A stretch of DNA of 64,000 bases from an uncultured Thermoplasmata archaeon (lineage in GTDB: Archaea > Thermoplasmatota > Thermoplasmata > UBA10834): assembly GCA_963719945.1 (NCBI GenBank), contig CAVRDX010000001.1:205087-269086 (forward strand), in the 5' to 3' direction. A program made the translations under genes and the position numbers. The notes under the pieces are model-generated. The model was not told the DNA's origin, made no database searches, and saw nothing but the letters and a program-made list of their open reading frames with translations. Shown in pieces: positions 48,761 to 61,085 of the stretch; position 1 is the first letter of the stretch, and each line of letters starts with the position of its first letter.

Positions 48761-49906
48761 TTGATTTTCCACAAGCATGGGATATTGGAAAATAGGCCAT
48801 TAGAAGCCTACCCAATAGTCCTTAAACTGCTGTTGACGGTGTTGGATTTGACTGCGAAGAAGAGGAAGGCCGCAAAGACCAAGGCTAAGTCGGAGAGTCT
48901 AGATCTCGTTCAGTTCAAGTCCGAGCTGCTCAAGATGGCAAAGGAAGTCAAGGGTCAGCTTGGACTGTACATCAAGCACGTCGAATCTGGCCAGGAACTA
49001 GCCGTTGAAGCGGACAAGACCTATCCTCTCTCCAGCGTTTTCAAGTTAGGTGTGATGGTTGAGACATTCAGGCAGATTGAGGAAGGATCGATATCTCTTG
49101 AAGAACGGATCGAGCTGGAGCCGAGGCATTATTGCATCGGCGAAGGTGTCCTACAATACTTGTCCCCTGGCCTCAAACCGACGGTCGGAGACCTTCTTTC
49201 GCTGATGATCATATCTACGGATAATACAGCTTCCGAGATGCTGTGGAAGAGGATTGGCATCCAGAGGGTCAACATGCTTATGCGAGAACTCGGCCTCGCC
49301 AAGACTTCCATCTACATCCCCTACAGGGAGAGTTTCCTCATGTCCATGGGCTATGGCCCGCTAAAGGACCGAACCATACCAGAGGCTGCGAGGGCATGGG
49401 CTGGCATGTCCGATGTCGAAAGGATGAAGACTCTGAATGAGACCGAGCGCGAGTCCGCCGGCCTCTCCATAGAAGAATTCAGGACCCGATATGCGAGCAT
49501 ATATGGGGTCAGGGCTGAGAAGAAGTTCAAGACACAGAGGGTGTACGACGAGGTCTTTGACAATTTGAGCACACCCAGGGAGATCGGCATAATACTCGAG
49601 AAGATCCTGAAGAATGAGATAGTCTCACCGCAGGCCTGTCAGGCAATGCTCAAGCTCCTGATGCGTCAGAAGGACTCGACTTCGATGTCCTACCTGCTGT
49701 CCCCGGATACTCCCGTCGCACTGAAATCCGGATGGGCTGCAGCTTCACTTACAAACGCAGGCATCATATTCATATCTGCGAAATCGCACGTGATCCTCTG
49801 CACATTCTTCAAGAAGATTGAGGAAGGTCATCTTGAGAAGACTCTGGACGTAGAGGCTCGGATTGCCAGAGCGGTGTACGACTACTTCTCCCGTGTCCGC
49901 CCATGA
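48761..49906 (+). CDS. Class A beta-lactamase-fold serine hydrolase (beta-lactamase/penicillin-binding family), apparently cytoplasmic
   Basis: 381 aa with the S-x-x-K motif (SSVFK), the SDN motif (STDNTASE) and a KSG triad (KSGWAA). The Lys-rich N-terminus has no signal peptide, and the start may be the internal MAKEVKG. Confidence 0.7.
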   Translation: MIFHKHGILENRPLEAYPIVLKLLLTVLDLTAKKRKAAKTKAKSESLDLVQFKSELLKMAKEVKGQLGLYIKHVESGQELAVEADKTYPLSSVFKLGVMVETFRQIEEGSISLEERIELEPRHYCIGEGVLQYLSPGLKPTVGDLLSLMIISTDNTASEMLWKRIGIQRVNMLMRELGLAKTSIYIPYRESFLMSMGYGPLKDRTIPEAARAWAGMSDVERMKTLNETERESAGLSIEEFRTRYASIYGVRAEKKFKTQRVYDEVFDNLSTPREIGIILEKILKNEIVSPQACQAMLKLLMRQKDSTSMSYLLSPDTPVALKSGWAAASLTNAGIIFISAKSHVILCTFFKKIEEGHLEKTLDVEARIARAVYDYFSRVRP

Positions 49907-49912
49907 TCCTCG

Positions 49913-51184
49913 TCATGAGAGCACGATGGCCCCCTTCTCGATCAGGGCAGCCTCCTTATCCGTGAGAGTTATCCTGTCTATCACGAGTATGAGTCTCGAT
50001 TTTCTGTATGCGATGACATCTTTCAGGTGATCAATCACCAATAGCGCCTTGCGAAAATCATTATATGTCACGATACTCTCGAAACCATCCAAGAGCACGA
50101 TGGTGTTAGAACCGCGCTCGATGAACCTGATGATGGTATCAGTCAATATCCCGATGTTTGCAGGATTGATGACGTCCTGGCTCGCGGTGGTCGAGAGCCA
50201 CAGTATAGCCGTCTTCTTTAGTCCATATTGCTCACGAATCGCGTTGGGATGCTTCCTGGCTATGATCAGTCCTTCGAGCCCACTGTTCAGCCCCTCCATC
50301 ATCATCTCATATGCTCTCTTCCCGTCGCCACCCCAGACAATGTATGATTTCTTTGCTTCGAGAGTTATTGGTCTCGCATCATCCAACATTCTCTCTGGCT
50401 CGGGCGTGATAGACGAAAACCGCTGTCTCGATCGAATGATCATGCCGAATCCGATGGCCAGAGTCGTGTATGAGCAGAAGAAGAGTATGTCTGGCAAAGA
50501 CCCGATCGAGTACTCGCCAGATGCGCTCGTGAATGCATACAGGAGATCTCCAACCGTCCAGAACAGCATCGATACCGATATTGTCAGCCAATAGTCCTCG
50601 AGCCGCCCTCGCTTGTAGAACCATATCAGGATAATGAGCAGCGTCAGCATGATCGAATCGAATATGGGGTACATGCTGTACACCACTTTCTCTAGGGCAG
50701 AGATATCCGTTGATTTCGTTGTGGTGTATACGGTAAACTCGAGCATTACACTCATCGGGACCCAGAAAGCCAGTTCTGCCGCCAGGACTGAATTAGGGAT
50801 TCTTGTCCAGGTCTTTATGACTGTGGTTGCGAGGACTGCCGTTAGAATCGCATAACCGGCCAACCAGAATGCGTCCGCGAGAGTCACCGGTGGCACATCA
50901 TCCATCAGATGGTGATAGATCGGGTATGTGACCCATCCCATGGCAAAGAGTGCAAAGGCGATTACGAAGAATACGCCGATCTGTCGAAACGGGGTCTTCC
51001 TGTTTGTCCAATAGAGGATGAACGATAGAACTGCAGCGAGGACCGATATCGCAGGGGTGACCACATTGGCCATGAATTCCGCCTGCTCATCATTTGCCAA
51101 GAGCATTGGCATGGATGCTGAGAAGGCGAGCACAGCTACGATGAGAAACCATCCACGAGTTGTTCTCGGGAGTGCGAGCCTCAA
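49913..51184 (-). CDS. Polytopic membrane protein with a C-terminal DUF835-like domain
   Basis: 423 aa. The N-terminal ~270 aa has about 7 predicted TM helices. The C-terminus is paralogous to the other two DUF835-like domains (LIIARKHPNAIREQ, ILWLST, LTDTIIRFIE, LLDGFESIVTYN). Confidence 0.55.
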   Translation of the reverse strand: MRLALPRTTRGWFLIVAVLAFSASMPMLLANDEQAEFMANVVTPAISVLAAVLSFILYWTNRKTPFRQIGVFFVIAFALFAMGWVTYPIYHHLMDDVPPVTLADAFWLAGYAILTAVLATTVIKTWTRIPNSVLAAELAFWVPMSVMLEFTVYTTTKSTDISALEKVVYSMYPIFDSIMLTLLIILIWFYKRGRLEDYWLTISVSMLFWTVGDLLYAFTSASGEYSIGSLPDILFFCSYTTLAIGFGMIIRSRQRFSSITPEPERMLDDARPITLEAKKSYIVWGGDGKRAYEMMMEGLNSGLEGLIIARKHPNAIREQYGLKKTAILWLSTTASQDVINPANIGILTDTIIRFIERGSNTIVLLDGFESIVTYNDFRKALLVIDHLKDVIAYRKSRLILVIDRITLTDKEAALIEKGAIVLS

Positions 51185-51264
51185 TTCTCTTCCTCCGTTC
51201 TCTTGTAAGATGGCGTTTGTCGGTATATTTTGAATCTCTTTCTAGGTATAGTCGATGATGGGGT

Positions 51265-51858
51265 CTATTGCCGCTTTTTCCAGATGATCTCTTTGTCCCT
51301 GAGCTCGACAGCGAGACCACCCTTTCTGGACATGTCCGTCTTCGCCACGTAGAGAGGAACTACAGTGATATTGAGCTTCTTCCTGACCTCATCCGACAGA
51401 TTCGAAGCCGCCTCTTTTGCCTGTTGTTCGGTTACCTTTGCATCATCGAAGACTACAGCGACATCGACCTCTTCCCCTGGTCCATGCTCCCCTCTCCCAA
51501 CAGTTCCGAACAATCTGCATTCCTCCAGCCAATCATATCTGCTCATCATAATCGAGTAGGATCTGGCTGCATCTCTGTGTGGGTCTGCGTCTGGCAAGAT
51601 CTTCAACGGTCGGAGCTTCTCTCTGTCGTCGGTAAGCCTGACTGAGGTCGAATTCCCCACCTTTCTTGTCTTGACCAACCCAAGCTTCTTCAGCTCGTCG
51701 ACCGCTCTCCACACGGTCATTGTCGGAATTCCAGAAGTCCTTGAGAGTTCGTTGATGCTGAACCTGTGGTCGTGATGGGCCCTTAGGGTTCGAATTATCT
51801 CTATTCTGCCTTTCCTAGCCAGTATCTCGATAAATTCCCTTGAGATCGCATTATTCAT
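51265..51858 (-). CDS. Winged-HTH domain fused to a minimal nucleotidyltransferase (MNT/Pol-beta superfamily) domain
   Basis: 197 aa. The N-terminus is a wHTH (FSINELSRTSGIPTMTVWRAVDELKKLGLV). The C-terminus has an NTase signature (GTVGRGEHGPGEEVDVAVVFDD, i.e. GS/GT..x..DxD). Confidence 0.6.
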   Translation of the reverse strand: MNNAISREFIEILARKGRIEIIRTLRAHHDHRFSINELSRTSGIPTMTVWRAVDELKKLGLVKTRKVGNSTSVRLTDDREKLRPLKILPDADPHRDAARSYSIMMSRYDWLEECRLFGTVGRGEHGPGEEVDVAVVFDDAKVTEQQAKEAASNLSDEVRKKLNITVVPLYVAKTDMSRKGGLAVELRDKEIIWKKRQ

Positions 51859-51956
51859 ATCATCAATGGTATGAACATATCATATGTGGTATAAGAAATG
51901 GATGCATAAGCCACGCCAGTATGAAGAAAAAATGAAAACATAAGTTGGGGTTTGCT

Positions 51957-52913
51957 TCAATCGACGACGGACTCGAGGACGCGAATCTCCCTTTCGGTCG
52001 CGTCGATTGCTATCTTGGCATTTAGCGGCAGGGGCGCGTTGTACATGCCATGGCCCGCGCAGAGACCCCATATGGACGGCCTATTCACCCCTCCGATTCG
52101 TTCCCTGACTATCTCCTCAACGCTGGGGTATGGTTCATCCGGCTTCCTCATTTCTGAGATCTCGCCCATTATTATCGCCCTGGCGTCCTCGATCTTCTTG
52201 CACAATCTAAGCTGAGTCAGGTGGTACTCTATGTGATAATATGTCTCACCGACCTCTTCCAGGAGCAGGATCTTATCCTTGGTATCGAGTTCGTACTTGC
52301 TCCCGAGGATGCCGCACACGAGCGTCAGATTCCCACCACACAGTCTTCCGGTGGCCTTTCCCTCTCCGATGGTCATCATCATCATGCCCTTTGGCGGGTT
52401 CTTGATTACCTGGAGCTCCTCCTGCCCCATCATTACCCTTATGGCCGTCTTCAGATCCTCTGACTGGGTCTTGATGAACTCCTCTCCTCTGGCGGGCCAT
52501 ATATCGACCAGAGGACCATGGAATGTGACCATCCCGCACAATTGGTTCAATGCGGCATGGTATGCAGTGATGTCGCTGAATCCCATGAACACCTTGGGAT
52601 GGTCCTTGATCATGTCGAAATCGATCATGTCCAGTATTCTCATCGAACCGTAGCCACCGGTCGCGCAGAGCACTCCGTCGATGGAGTCGTCCTCGAATGC
52701 CCAGTTGAAGTCATCCGCTCTAGACTTATCGTCTGCTGCCAGCGTCCTTACGCTGAGCAATTTCCTGGTGGTGTCTCCAAGCTTGACCTTCAGTCCCATC
52801 TTCTTGAGCAGTTCCACTCCAAGGTGTATTCCACAGTGGTCCGGATTGCTTGATGGCGATATGACTGCCACAGTCGAATTCTTCTTCAGTTTAGGCGGCT
52901 TCTGTATCTTCAA
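51957..52913 (-). CDS. LD-carboxypeptidase (peptidase S66, LdcA/MccF family)
   Basis: 318 aa. The N-terminus (STVAVISPSS) and the overall two-domain organisation match S66 muramoyltetrapeptide carboxypeptidases, with a Ser/His/Glu triad. Confidence 0.75.
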   Translation of the reverse strand: MKIQKPPKLKKNSTVAVISPSSNPDHCGIHLGVELLKKMGLKVKLGDTTRKLLSVRTLAADDKSRADDFNWAFEDDSIDGVLCATGGYGSMRILDMIDFDMIKDHPKVFMGFSDITAYHAALNQLCGMVTFHGPLVDIWPARGEEFIKTQSEDLKTAIRVMMGQEELQVIKNPPKGMMMMTIGEGKATGRLCGGNLTLVCGILGSKYELDTKDKILLLEEVGETYYHIEYHLTQLRLCKKIEDARAIIMGEISEMRKPDEPYPSVEEIVRERIGGVNRPSIWGLCAGHGMYNAPLPLNAKIAIDATEREIRVLESVVD

Positions 52914-53043
52914 CTAAACTCCCCCATGGTTGCGACATTGTCGAAGTGGCATAAAACCCCAACGCATGAGCGTGCATTCTGGAACCTGATGGAAACGTAT
53001 ATTCCGACGGTCATGGATTTGGATTCAGACCTGGGGAGGATAC

Positions 53044-56765
<3,722 letters not shown>

Positions 56766-56893
56766 TCACTTCTCTCGGGCGTTACACCTCGGCTATCATC
56801 GCTTGCAGTAGCTGATAGCCAGACGCGCGGATTCAAATACTCGAAATTGACACATTAATAGGTGCAGGTTATTGCTAGCGGAGTGAGCACAAG

Positions 56894-57823
56894 ATGCCCC
56901 GAAATGATAGCAGAGAGGGATCCAGGACGCGGACTGCAGTCGGGTCCTTCGATGATGGCGCTTCGCTCAACAAGCAAAGGCGAAAGCTTCAGAGGATCGT
57001 TCGGAACCAGGACCTGAAGTTGCGTGATGTGTCCGGCGAGTTCGATCCGAGGGAGACCTCCAGCCCGAGCTTGGCGCAGAAGCAAGCGACCCTCTCGCCG
57101 GAGCTGCTAGTGCCTGCAGCGGTCTCGGAAGACGAGTGCGTGCAGTATCAATGCACCGAGTGCGACATGATGGTGAAGGATTCCGATCCATACTGTCCGT
57201 TCTGCGGTGCCATATTCGCAGACGGCCCGCTATCGTCTTCAGACGAGACCGCGGAAGCGGATGAGAAGCCATCAGACGCCCCTCCGATGATCCGAGAGGA
57301 GTTCGTCCGACCGGAGAAGTTCGACCTGTTCGGCATGATGAAGACAAGGGCCCGGGCACGAGAACTCCTCTACCAGGAGGCTCTGAACGGATTCGCTGGT
57401 TCGGCTCGGCTTCTCGAGGAGATCGAGCACCTGATTTCAGACATCAGCTCTCTGGGCACGGACACCACGAGGGCACGGAGGCTGATGGGCAATGCATGGG
57501 AGGCCTGCAGGGAAGGCAATTGGACGCTTGTCTCTGCCCTTGCAAGACAGACGGAAGAGGTCATGACCCCGAGCATACCATCGCTGGTGAGGTCCGAACT
57601 GGCCAGAGCCAGGGAGTATCTCATGGATGCGAAGGCTGCAGGGGTCGAGGTCTCGGACTATGTCCTGCGCATGAAGGCTGCCATGAATAGCCTGAAGGCC
57701 AACGATGTCGACGAGGCGCTCCGGATAACCAAGGATCTGATGGATATCCTGAGAGAGGACTCGGTCTCCTGGAAGAAAGGCGGATCACCCGCTTCCAGAA
57801 ACTCCCTGCTATCCATATTGTGA
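56894..57823 (+). CDS. Hypothetical protein with a zinc-ribbon motif
   Basis: 309 aa. It has a CxxC...CxxC ribbon (CTECDMMVKDSDPYCPFCG) and an acidic linker, followed by a helical C-terminal domain. Confidence 0.35.
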   Translation: MPRNDSREGSRTRTAVGSFDDGASLNKQRRKLQRIVRNQDLKLRDVSGEFDPRETSSPSLAQKQATLSPELLVPAAVSEDECVQYQCTECDMMVKDSDPYCPFCGAIFADGPLSSSDETAEADEKPSDAPPMIREEFVRPEKFDLFGMMKTRARARELLYQEALNGFAGSARLLEEIEHLISDISSLGTDTTRARRLMGNAWEACREGNWTLVSALARQTEEVMTPSIPSLVRSELARAREYLMDAKAAGVEVSDYVLRMKAAMNSLKANDVDEALRITKDLMDILREDSVSWKKGGSPASRNSLLSIL

Positions 57824-57870
57824 AAGCGCGGGGAAAGAATTCTTATCATTGTAAATGGGTAATGTGAACG

Positions 57871-58602
57871 ATGTCTTCGGACCATACTTCCATAGACTCT
57901 CAGGGCATTGAGATCCTCAAGAAAGCATTGAATCAGAGGGTAATTGTCACGAGGTCCAGGATTGTCCCGAGCAATAGAAATCGAGTCTGGTTCGTTGAGA
58001 CAGATGTGCGACCCGTAGTCGTAAAGCGTTCTTTCTCCGGCCGTTCGCCCGTGGAGTTCGAGACGATGTTGTTGGCGAAGAAAGCTGGGGTGGATGTGCC
58101 CTACCCGCTCTATATGGACAAGCATTATCTGGTCACAGAGTTCGTCGCTGGCGAATCATGCGATCTGCTGATAAATCACATGTTCAGCCATGATGCTGCT
58201 GGAGGATTGGGCCGATGGTTCGCGTCATTCCACGAGCGTCTCGAGAGCTTCGGTCGACCACTCGTTATGGCGGATGCCACACTTCAGAATTTCATCATGC
58301 AAGATGATCGCATATACGGTTTCGATCTCGAGGATGCGTCTCCTGGAGAACCACTCGATGACTTGGGCCAGATGGCTGCCTCCATACTTGGCAACGAGCC
58401 ATTCTTTACACCCATCAAGTTCGATCTATGCTTCACAATGCTCGAGGGATACGAAGACGAGAGTGGTTTGGAATCATTGGAGAGCGTCCGACCATATGTG
58501 GCCAAGCATCTGCGTAATTCCGTCCGGTCGAAACCTCTCTTCAGGAGACCCTTTGAAAAAGTCGCGCTGACTCTTGAACGCGGTTGGCCGAGCCTCGCCT
58601 AG
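57871..58602 (+). CDS. Protein-kinase-like fold phosphotransferase (RIO/Bud32/Kdo-kinase/APH-like)
   Basis: 243 aa. A catalytic-loop-like MADATLQN (D..N spacing as in HGDxxxxN) and a DFG-equivalent YGFDLEDA are present. An N-terminal lysine-containing segment (VVVKRSF) is also present. Confidence 0.5.
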   Translation: MSSDHTSIDSQGIEILKKALNQRVIVTRSRIVPSNRNRVWFVETDVRPVVVKRSFSGRSPVEFETMLLAKKAGVDVPYPLYMDKHYLVTEFVAGESCDLLINHMFSHDAAGGLGRWFASFHERLESFGRPLVMADATLQNFIMQDDRIYGFDLEDASPGEPLDDLGQMAASILGNEPFFTPIKFDLCFTMLEGYEDESGLESLESVRPYVAKHLRNSVRSKPLFRRPFEKVALTLERGWPSLA

Positions 58603-58647
58603 ATGCTCATCTAGTGACTGCCTTTGGCAATGCGATGAATAGCCTTC

Positions 58648-60876
58648 TCATTCCGCATCCGTCTTCTTATCCTCAGGTTCGCCGTGGGCATCCGCCCTTC
58701 TCTTCGCTCGGCTCCTGATCTCCTCAAGCTTCTTGGTGATCTCAGAGATGCTGTCGACCTGGTCTCCTATGACCTGTTTCCTGCGTTCGATGGTCTCCCT
58801 CATCTTCTCCGTCTTGGACTTCTCGAGAGCTATCTTCTCCATCTCCTCGGCCATATGCTCCCTGCGCTCGTCCATCTCACGCATCTTCTCCTCGAAGGCC
58901 TGCTCCCTTGTCCTGAGCTCCTCCTCTCGCTCCCTGAAGGAATCGTCCCTCTCCTGGATCGTCCGTTCCCTCTCTTCCATCTCGGCCATCCTCTCGGAGA
59001 CGTGTTTGCGCTCGGCATCGAGCCGCTTCATCTCATCTTCCACTTGGGCCTTGGCCTGGTCTACCTCCTGTTGGAGGTTGCTCTCGCGGTCCGCGAGCGC
59101 CTGAAGCTTGGAATCGAGTTCCTGTCGGGAGGCCTTCTGCTCTTCCGCCATCCTATCCATCTCGGCTCTGTCGGCCTCGACCCTCTGCTCGCGCTCCTCG
59201 ATTACCCTATCACGCTCTTCGAAGTCGCCCGCCTTGTTATCCATATCGGCTTTGAGGGATTCCAACTCCATCCTCTGTCTGGCGAGTTCTGCGGATTCGG
59301 TCTCGAGTTTCGCCCTGAGCTCTTCGCTCTCGCCCTCTTTTGTTACCAGAATGCGTTCCTTATCCACTATCTCCGATTCGCGGTCCGACATGCTCTGGGC
59401 AGCCTCTTCATGACCTGCGAGTGATTCGCTCAGCTTGGATTCCCTCTTCTGGACCTCTTTCTCTCTCTTGTCCAGGTCCCTGAGCATCGATTCAATGCGT
59501 TTCTCGGAATCCTGCACGCCCTCCTCTCTCTCAGTGAGGGCTGCCTGTATCGAGTCGAGTTCCTGGGTCCTCTTCTGCAGGTCCTCGTTCTCCTTGCCTA
59601 TGTTGCCAAGTAGTTTGGATAGCTCGGCCTGCTGTGATTCGGCACTGGAGTCGATCTCCGCTCTCCTTCTCTCCAATTCCTCCTTCTCTGAGGCCAGCTC
59701 CTGTTCTCTACCTTCAATGCTCGCAATCTTGTCCTTGAATTCCTGTTCTTCCGATTCGAAGGCGGTTCTCCTCTGCTCTTGGTCGTCAGCGGACCTCTGG
59801 AATTCCTCCTGCCTGACTCTGAGATCATCCTCTGCTTGGGCTATCTTCGTCTCCCTTTCTCCGAGGTTGACCTCCGTGTCCGCCAGATCTGCCCTGAGGT
59901 TCTCCGTCTCGACTATGAATGCTCTCCGCTCGTCCTCCAGAGCCGAGGTTGAATGGTCCAGGTCCATCTTTCGTACCTCAAGGTTGGATTGCAGCTGCTT
60001 CAGGGAGTGTTCCCTGGCTTCGATCTCACCGCGCTCGGCCTCGATCTGCTTCCTATCCCTGTCAAGGCTTTCAAGTCGCACCTTGGTCTCCTCGACTTCC
60101 TTGAGCCATTCGACCCTGGACTGTTCGAAGCTCTCCTTCTCTTCGTCGAACATCTTCTGGCTCTCTTCGAGTCCGATCCTTTCCTTCACTAATCGTCCAT
60201 AGCCGATCTCGTACTCGTTTATCGATTGGCCGATGCCTACCTGCAACGATCTCATCAGGCCACGCTTCGCCTCAGCAGCTGCCTCGAACGCATGCTTGCT
60301 GCGGTTGAGGTTCTGCTCCCTTTCCAGCAGTAGTGTGACCCTCTCGTTTATCTGGGAATGTCTGTCCGAAACCTCTGCCTCGAACGCCTCTAGCTCTTTC
60401 TGCCATGATTCCGTGTCTTGTTGGAACTTCGAGAGCTCGTTCCTGAGATTCTCCAGTTCCTCGATCTCCTGAGTATGAGCGACCTTCTCCGCTTCCATGG
60501 CCTTAATGGCTTCTTGCGCGTTGGTCTGTTCGCTCTTGGCCTTCTGCTCGGCTTCGAGCGCGGCCTTGCTCCTGGCCTCTATCGATGCATCGAAGGCGCC
60601 TTCGACCGAGTTGAGCATCTCCTTTATGAACCCTGTCTCATCATCCTCGGCGACGTCTTTTCCCACGAGAATGAAATGGAGCTTCTGGCCTCTTATGATA
60701 GTTCCGACGAGTCTGTCGACCTCAAAGGCTCCAATGGCTGCTATGTCTCCCTTGCCTTTGATCGCCTTTTTGACATCATCATAGGTGACGTCTGCCTTTG
60801 TGCTGAATACAAACTCCTTCAGAAGTCGGCCATCTGGCTCAACTAGAAATCCCTTGTATATCTTCTTACCGAACAT
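58648..60876 (-). CDS. Long coiled-coil protein (N-terminal ~110-aa globular domain plus ~600-aa E/R/K-rich coiled coil)
   Basis: 742 aa. A compact N-terminal domain (MFGKKIYKGFLVEPDGRLLKEF...) is followed by low-complexity heptad-like E/R/K/A/L/Q sequence to the C-terminus. There are no ATPase or SMC motifs. Confidence 0.6.
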   Translation of the reverse strand: MFGKKIYKGFLVEPDGRLLKEFVFSTKADVTYDDVKKAIKGKGDIAAIGAFEVDRLVGTIIRGQKLHFILVGKDVAEDDETGFIKEMLNSVEGAFDASIEARSKAALEAEQKAKSEQTNAQEAIKAMEAEKVAHTQEIEELENLRNELSKFQQDTESWQKELEAFEAEVSDRHSQINERVTLLLEREQNLNRSKHAFEAAAEAKRGLMRSLQVGIGQSINEYEIGYGRLVKERIGLEESQKMFDEEKESFEQSRVEWLKEVEETKVRLESLDRDRKQIEAERGEIEAREHSLKQLQSNLEVRKMDLDHSTSALEDERRAFIVETENLRADLADTEVNLGERETKIAQAEDDLRVRQEEFQRSADDQEQRRTAFESEEQEFKDKIASIEGREQELASEKEELERRRAEIDSSAESQQAELSKLLGNIGKENEDLQKRTQELDSIQAALTEREEGVQDSEKRIESMLRDLDKREKEVQKRESKLSESLAGHEEAAQSMSDRESEIVDKERILVTKEGESEELRAKLETESAELARQRMELESLKADMDNKAGDFEERDRVIEEREQRVEADRAEMDRMAEEQKASRQELDSKLQALADRESNLQQEVDQAKAQVEDEMKRLDAERKHVSERMAEMEERERTIQERDDSFREREEELRTREQAFEEKMREMDERREHMAEEMEKIALEKSKTEKMRETIERRKQVIGDQVDSISEITKKLEEIRSRAKRRADAHGEPEDKKTDAE

Positions 60877-61085
60877 CAGACCACTTCCGACGGGGGTGTC
60901 GTGACTTGGGTCATTTAGGTACGGACAACGACCATTCGAACCATCTGTGTGTTGTCGGCATACCTGGACGATTGGAAGTTGTTATCGGGTCGCCTGAACA
61001 TAACCTTTTCCCTATGGGTATCTGTCGTGAATCCCTCGCCATACTCCCGATGTGAATCGATCCTGCTATCGTCCTGTCGCTCTGC

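Noticed and set aside
56789-56818. Inverted repeat GGCTATCA...TGATAGCC after ligA
   Set aside because: It is an imperfect long-loop hairpin with no T tract. Archaeal termination usually relies on oligo-T. It is noted but not called.
58684-60846. Numerous plus-strand ORFs overlapping the coiled-coil gene
   Set aside because: The GAG/CGC-rich coiled-coil coding sequence leaves the opposite strand open in several frames. The products are Ser/Leu low-complexity sequence and not genes.
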